This document shows positions 56,090-64,000 of a DNA stretch of 64,000 nt, in pieces. The DNA comes from Eledone cirrhosa (lineage: Eukaryota): positions 4,774,001-4,838,000 of the forward strand of contig OZ024753.1 in NCBI GenBank assembly GCA_964016885.1, in the 5' to 3' direction. The number at the start of each line of letters is the position of its first letter. Positions within the stretch are counted from its first letter, which is position 1. Below the pieces are notes generated by a model. The model saw only the letters and a list, made by a program, of their open reading frames with translations, made no database searches and had not been told where the DNA came from. The position numbers and the translations under genes were made by a program.

Positions 56090-57340
56090 GTTTTACATGG
56101 AAATTGTGAAACAAACCATTTAATTAATGGAACCTACTTCAATTCCTGAGATTGAAGAAGTTTAAAAAACAATATGGGGTAAAGATATAGCTCATAATTC
56201 GAATACAAAATGGAAAAGGAACATGAAAAGAATATAGAATAATTTATACAGGCAGTATTTAAAACACATCATTATGGATGTACTTGAGTTAAAGCTAAAG
56301 AAAGCCAACTTCTAACTAACCGAATGGTTCTTTAAAAGTGTTATAACAAGCACAAAAGTTTGAATGTTGCTTGGATTGACTATTGAAAAGCATTTGGTAG
56401 TGTTCGCCACTCATGGATGATTTTTGAAAATCGTGGATGTTTTGAAAATTTCCCCAGCAATATCAATCTTCCTGAAATACAATATGTCTCTCTAGAATAC
56501 AAATCTATTACTGTAACACATTAATGGAGCTATAAATTCTAGCAGCATAAGCATTAACTTTGGTATTTAGGGATTAATGAAGGCCACGGTGTTCACCACG
56601 CCAACATGAAAGAAAAAATCAATATGGAATGCTACTGGAGAATACGTGCTGTCTTGAAAACTGAGCTCAACTCAAAGAATGAAATATCTGCTATAAATGA
56701 TCTTGCAATCCCAGTTGTCACCTATAGTTTCAATATCATAAATTGGAACATTAATGAAATAAAGAAAATGGACACCAAAATCAGGAAACTTCTGGCCTGT
56801 AGTAAACTACATCATCCAAAAGCAGATGTGGATTACCTCGATCTCCCTATAGAAACCGGAGGTAGAGGATTGATTCAGCTTAGGCTGTCGTGCAAAATAT
56901 CATCCATTGGACTCGAACAATGCCTTAAAACTATAGATGTCTAAATGATGAAAATGGTTTCAGATCATGAAAGGAAGGAGTGTTTACATTCAACCAGGAA
57001 AAAAAGTAGCAAATAATTTACGGAAGAATTGGGCATACATTTTGAAAATGATGATCTTCCTGCAATTGAAGTTAAGAAGAATATGAATATGTTGACGAAA
57101 AATGAAAATGAACAGAAACTCTGCGTTAAATGTATGGGCAGTATGTTCTCAGGTAGCAAAGAAACTGGTGTGGATCAAAATCTCCCGCATCGGTGGCTGC
57201 GAAGTTATGGACTGAAAGCAGAGAGTTAGGTATTTCAACGCACAATACTCAAGCCAATGTTATCAGAAATGGAACTAACACAAAGTCCTAATTGTGCCAT
57301 CAGTGTGTTGAGACCATTGACCACCTAACTACATGATGTA
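56090..57340 (+). pseudogene. Decayed R4/Dong-clade LINE: partial RT, thumb and CCHC knuckle, internally deleted
   Basis: AWIDY*KAFGSVRHSWM at ~56370; RIRAVLKTELNSKNEISAINDLAIPVVTYSF..MDTKIRKLL..HHPKADVD.L.LP..GGRGL; WLRSYGLKAES; CHQCVETIDHL; catalytic YxDD segment absent. Confidence 0.9.
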
Positions 57341-57977
57341 AATATTCGTTTTTTCTGTGTCCCGGTGACCTTGCTCCGGCACAGCAAATTTTACGGTTTG
57401 GTCGACTCTTGTTACGAGCTGCATGGCCCTAGTAATTCTTTAGCTATTTGGATGCTGTCTTTTCCAACGGTTGCTTAGGTAAAAGATGAGTTTGTTTTGT
57501 CATAGTAATGATAGTGGTAGTGATAATGTTAGTGGTAACCCTTTTATCATTAGTCTCATTGGCGACGGTGGTGGTTGTGCTATTAATAGTGAGAGTGGTG
57601 GTAGTGGTGGTTGTGTTTTTGCGTTTGTTTTGATGGTTGTTGTTGTTGTTATTGTTGTTATTAGTGCTATTTTTTGTTGTTGTGTTGTTCTGGCTGTTTT
57701 CTATGTTCAAATTAAAGGTTTGTTTTTTTAGTTAGTGGTGGGTGTTCATATATATATATATAGGAAATGTATTTTGAATGATTATTTCATTCTCTGAACA
57801 ATTGTGACTGTAACGTCTTGTGTATGAAGTGGCGTGCATCTCCTTTCATTTCCATTGTTTTACCAAACATTGGCATGTATTTGTATTTCAAATATAGGTG
57901 TTACCCTTAAAATAAAGAGGGAGATATTATTTAAATAAACTTTAAAAAAGCATTAACAATAATGTGTAAATATTAAA

Positions 57978-58092
<115 letters not shown>

Positions 58093-58540
58093 TGCGATAT
58101 TCATAGAAGAAAATGTACTCAACTCTCTGATCTGAATCATCGTAAAATGTTTGGTCAAAGAATACGGTAATATTAGAATATATAACTTGAAAACAAGTGA
58201 ATGAATCTCATTTCCTTTTACATAAAAGTCTAATAAAAACAGCAAACAACGCAAACAAGTAGAAATAATTATAATAAGCAAAATATAAATATTTATTTTT
58301 TCGATCGATTGAATAACGTTTCTATGTTGGTGTTTGATTTAATTTTAGATTCTAGCTTCGAAGGCATCCATAAATTTATATTTCTTTCTCACGCTATCTC
58401 ATTGTCTCTCACTAGCAATCTCATTCTCCTTCTCTCTTCTCCCTTCATGATTCATTCTAGCTCATTTCACATATATTATTGTATGTGTATGTATCTTATG
58501 ACTATGTGTTGATATATACATATTTACACACAAGTAAACC

Positions 58541-58588
<48 letters not shown>

Positions 58589-58667
58589 CATATATGCATA
58601 TGTATACATATATGTGTGTATATACATATATGTGCATATATATATGTGCGTATATACATATATGTGC

Positions 58668-58784
<117 letters not shown>

Positions 58785-59115
58785 TGTGTGTGGTTATCAA
58801 TGTATTAACGACAATCGATTTCGTTTTTGTACTTTTCTATTTCATCACATTCGTTCCCTATTTTATTCAATAAACTTATCTTTAGCAAACTTTATATATA
58901 TATGTGTGTGTACGTGTATCTGTATGTGTGTGTGTTTGTGTAAGTGTGAGAGAGAGTGTGTATATGTGTGTTCCTGTAAATGATATTTATTATAAATATA
59001 TGCTCTTTATTTTCTGTCAATACATTTCATTTATTACAGTCACAGGCGCAAACATATATGTATGTAGGTTTGTATATATATCACATTTATAAATATAATA
59101 ATGTATTTGTATGCC

Positions 59116-59197
<82 letters not shown>

Positions 59198-59288
59198 CGA
59201 AGGAAATGTGGTAAGGGACCAGGTGGACCATAACGCACCAAAGTACTCAATACTTGAGGTAGTAGAGTGGGTAATAGGAACCAGTAAG

Positions 59289-59382
59289 ACCCCGACAGCT
59301 GAGCTCAAGCCGTTTCGACGGCTAATTCTGGACTAAATGAAAATTTATCCTGGTATTTAAATAGCCGATCTTCTCAAGGGGT
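59289..59382 (-). ncRNA. Type I hammerhead, U3-A8 core (left arm, minus strand)
   Basis: Mirror image of 59571-59663. Confidence 0.82.
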
Positions 59383-59570
59383 AATTCCATATATGGTCAA
59401 AGTGATTGTCAAAACTCAGTAGTAATTCTGTGGTTGCAAATTAGTAGGGGAGATGGTGGCTAAACCTGCCTTTTCTCCTACTGGCAGGTTTAGCCACCAT
59501 CTCCCCTACTAATTTGCAACCACAGAATTACTACTGATTTTTGACAATCACTTTGACCATATATGGAATT

Positions 59571-59663
59571 ACCCCTTGAGAAGATCGGCTATTTGAATAC
59601 AGGATAAATTTTCATTTAGTCCAGAATTAGCCGTCGAAACGGCTTGAGCTCAGCTGTCGGGGT
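59571..59663 (+). ncRNA. Type I hammerhead, U3-A8 core, long stem II (right arm, plus strand)
   Basis: ACCCC-TTGAGAA-GAtCGGCTA..TAGCCGTC-GAAA-CGGCT(tgagctc)AGCTG-TC|-GGGGT; cut after 59658. Confidence 0.85.
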
Positions 59664-59673
59664 CTTACTGGTT

Positions 59674-59755
<82 letters not shown>

Positions 59756-60000
59756 TATTCATAGATATAAACGACGTGGAATGAACCTCTATCGGTTTCG
59801 CAAATGGTTATTCAAGGTGTTCAATAAAAGGAACGCGCTGGTCATGAATTAACATGCTGCTTACTGACCATTCCAATAGGCACGTGTACCCTTAACGCAG
59901 TTCTCATGGATATTACGCTTATTATAATGTGTGACATGGCTAGTTCATTGAATTTTGTGTAAAATTCATATGTATATATATATATATATAATATATATAC

Positions 60001-60032
<32 letters not shown>

Positions 60033-60511
60033 ATATATATATATAATATATATATATATACATACATAAATGCATACATACATACATGCACTCATACATA
60101 CATTCATACAGACACATAAATACATATACACATACATATATACATACATGAATATATATCTATATATGCGCATATAATCATATATACATTGAAATAGATA
60201 TATAAGAAGTTCTGATATAAATAATTTTCAATTTGCACAGTGCGTTGCATACACTACATAGTTGGTGGAAAAAAGAGAAAAGCTAAGTAAAGTTCTATTT
60301 AGCTTTGGTGTTAGTCTTTTAGAAAACTTTGTAAAAACATTGCAGTCATATATTTAGAATAACAAATAGAGAGAAAATTTGCAGAAGTCTAAAAAATAAC
60401 CGTTTTACAGAAAAGATAAATCGGTGTAAAAAAATGCACAAACGATGCAAACGTTATTTCATTCTCCAGTGAGAAATTGAAATGATTACTCCATTCTTAT
60501 TTGCCCTTCTT

Positions 60512-60551
<40 letters not shown>

Positions 60552-60565
60552 TATTAGACACATGC

Positions 60566-60662
<97 letters not shown>

Positions 60663-60961
60663 TCTATATGTGTGTAGACCGTAATTATTCATATATTTTT
60701 CTGACACAGAACCAGCTATTGGGTTTGTACAAATCATAATACTTCTACGCTCATGTAATATAGATATAAAATTGGTATGGAAAAAAAGAAAGATGATAGT
60801 TTGATGAAGAAGCTTCATACCTAATTTCCTTCAAATGATGAATTTCTTTTACTGGTTTTCTTCTATCAAAATCCCTGAATGAATGACGTTGGGTGCATTT
60901 CTATAACTGGAACAATCACATATTATACAGAGAGTTATTACAATATCTCCATAATAGAAAC

Positions 60962-61226
<265 letters not shown>

Positions 61227-61339
61227 TTGTGGTGATGTTCGTGCAATTTAATAGATATTTGTTATATAAATGTTTGTGGAAACATAATATACTAGAAATA
61301 CTTTTAAGAATGTTGTCTTGTTATATCAGCAACTAATAA

Positions 61340-61480
61340 TGATTTCTAACATAGATACAATGCCAGAAATTTGGTGGAAAGGGAAAATCAATTATAATAA
61401 CCCCAGTACTTAACTGGTACTTTATTTTCTCGACTACGTGAGGCTGAAGTATAGATGGTGGCTGAAGTATAGTCTCGGTG
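61340..61480 (-). mobile_element. SINE family A, 3' part
   Basis: CCCCAGTACTTAACTGGTACTTTATTTTCTCGAC..GGCTGAAG. Confidence 0.65.
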
Positions 61481-63739
61481 GTATAGATATACACATATAT
61501 GTACTGTCACCACCACCACTACAGTCTTATGTGCACTGGAGTGAGTGTGCATATTTTTAACTTATTTCTTTAATTTCGTGGTAATTATGATAAACAAAAT
61601 ATAATAAAATTTCTATAATAATATATATAATAAAAGTTACATTTAAGTATTTTGATCTTAATTGACTTCATAAGTATAATATTGAATATTTAATTGTTTA
61701 TGAAAATTACATTGGTTGTTTTTTTATAAGGTCTTTTTATCATTATTTTAATTTGTTTTTCAAATCAGAATGTTTTTGAAATTAGAGGGAAAGATAGATA
61801 ATATACTCACTGATTTTTTTTTAAATATGAACGGTGTAAACAGATGGATTGTTGAATAAATTCGTTCGAGTTTTCTATTATTTTCCTTGTCATTGATCAT
61901 AATTGCAGATTTTTATTCCAGCTATTGTCACTTGAATTTATGTTTACAGAAATGCCTTTCTCATTTATGTCTTCCTTTCTTTGTTGCAGTCATACTTCGT
62001 GTACATAATACTATTAGATGAGCCAGTATACATTAGTTTCTTCGAATCCTTTTTCTTGTTATTTCCATTATCAGTATATTTCAGTGAGAAACTAGTTTCA
62101 GAATGTTCATCGTGAAATTCGACTGATGGTCATTTAATTTTTTGTTGCATAAAAAACAATTAACACCAAATTATTTGACATTCAGTTATCAAATATTATC
62201 TGTCGGGGATATTCTCTTTAGAGAGATGAAAGTTTTTACCCTTTTACATTTTTTCCTGAAGTATATTAGAGATGCAAATAAAATCTGTACAACCTGTTTC
62301 TATCATGCTGTTCTGCTTTAATTCAATAAACGTTAATCACATTACTGACACACTAGAAATGGCTGTAATTATGTGTTTATGATGAAGTTTCAATGAATAC
62401 TTAATACGAAAATTGTTATTAAAAAAAAATTCTTACAACATTAATGGATCATATTAACACTTCATCGTTGATTATCAATATTCTGGTTATTTGAAAGAAT
62501 ATGTTCATTATTTCATTTTTCACTAAGCTGAAGCCGACTTTTTTTAATCTTTTCAAGTAATATTTATTAATAAAGTCTGAATAGAATTGTATTTTAAAAT
62601 TATTTTATCTTTTCTTTTGTTTTTGCTTTTGATTTTGGGGGGATTTTTTTGTTGTTTTTGTTTTTGTTTTTTTGTAATTTGAATCATTAATTTCGACATG
62701 CTGAAATATTTCGGATTTTTCGCATTAGTTGGTGTTTAACAGAAATAGTTATCAATGTTCTTGAGTTTCGTGCTGATATCGCTGAAATTGAGTAATCGAG
62801 GTGATGATGTGCTAAATAGGTTGGAATTTTCGATTAACTGGAGAGGGATGGACATGGCTGAGCTTTATTTGTCCAGGATATGCTGCATAAACTGCACTCC
62901 GACGATCCAGGAGTGACAACGGAAAAGTGAAGCGAAATGAAGTGAATTTTCGATTAATATATGATTGTCAACGAGCAACCCACAAGCTAGAGAGCAAGTT
63001 TAAGTCTGGGGTCAAAACGATTCTTACTACGTACACCATTAATATTCTTGAAAAGTACCACGTGGCTTTGAACCCTTTACTTCCATAAGTGTGTGGTCTT
63101 GTGAGTACATATGAAATAAACCTTCATTTCGAATAAGTTCATCACTGAAGAGTTGATAACGTGTCAAATATAAGGTACTCTTATATCTATGTATGGGGAC
63201 TTGGTGGGGGACACAAGAAGAAAGATATAACAAGGTAATACTGCTTACAAAATATGCTAACCATGTAAGTAAAATCAACTGGCATCAGTTGAGACGCAGT
63301 TTCGAATCGCTTCCTAAAATTATTAGATATTAGAACATATCATCCACTGCACAAAGTATTAATGTTTATGAGAAAGATAAAGTAAATTATCACGTTCAAA
63401 TCTTTAGGAAATACAAGTAAATTTAATTATCCTCAACTAGGAATGGAAACCGGACAACGCTCTCGAAATATACGGATTTTGCCCGTCATTTCTTTACGGG
63501 TTAATCGGTAAGAAGAGTAGCACCAATGAGACTTTGGAGGGGGTAAGTTACTCCCAAACTTGAGACTTGGTCCGAATGCTTGGACTCTTCTACTAAAGGC
63601 AGTCACGAACACGTTGATGGTATTAAAACGGGTGACAGATTCAATCTATTATACATGTAACGTTTGAACTTAAAATGCATTGAACCGGATCCAATACCCT
63701 AAGCTTTCATGATCGTAGCGATATGTTAAGCTATTTAAT

Positions 63740-63882
63740 CCGGCAGTCCAGTGTCGCATAATTGTACCTTATTCATCGACTCTAGAATGATGAATGTTGA
63801 TCTCAGGTTTAAACTTAGAACAAAGGGACCGGAATAAATACAGCAAGGAATTTCGTCCAGCGTTCTAATAGTCAATTCTCCG
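63740..63882 (-). mobile_element. SINE family A, old copy
   Basis: GTACCTTATTCATCGAC..GTTGATCTCAGG..AACTTAGAAC..GTCCAGCGTTCTA. Confidence 0.55.
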
Positions 63883-64000
63883 TGATTACAGTTTAACACT
63901 CAATGAAATAATCATTTCATATGTAGTCACAAATCTTCAACTATGATCGAATGTTATTTCTTTACCATTAATCTTATTAATGCCAGTAATGGAATTTGTA

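Larger units (their letters stand above)
59197..59678 (-). mobile_element. Family B longest copy: ~77-bp tail plus ~405-bp palindrome (197/196-bp arms, 12-nt loop), in (TA)n
   Basis: 59274-59470 is the reverse complement of 59483-59678 with about 2 substitutions and 1 indel. Confidence 0.93.

Overview
Eukaryotic, very AT-rich, microsatellite-saturated non-coding DNA, intronic or intergenic. The SINE repertoire resembles, from recall, that of octopus or another coleoid cephalopod; this assignment is an inference. No intact host gene is supportable, and nearly all listed ORFs are translations of (TA)n, (CA)n or trinucleotide repeats. Recognisable content is transposon debris: about 13 copies of one tRNA-derived SINE, CORE-like SINEs, restriction-like-endonuclease (RLE) LINEs of R4/Dong and CRE type, an RTE LINE, a Penelope-like GIY-YIG fragment, a maT-type Tc1/mariner transposase relic, a Helitron helicase relic and mariner MITEs. 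The main hidden signal is a set of type I hammerhead ribozymes (HHRs) in small elements lodged in or beside (TA)n tracts. Four sequence-unrelated families carry the compensatory U3-A8 core (UUGANAA) instead of CUGANGA. One family forms a 591-bp tandem repeat with two intact HHRs, a retrozyme/circRNA-like layout. Another forms a ~405-bp near-perfect palindrome with an HHR on each strand, and its copies have fold-back arms that all stop at the same base. All structures were read by eye; ribozyme activity is untested.
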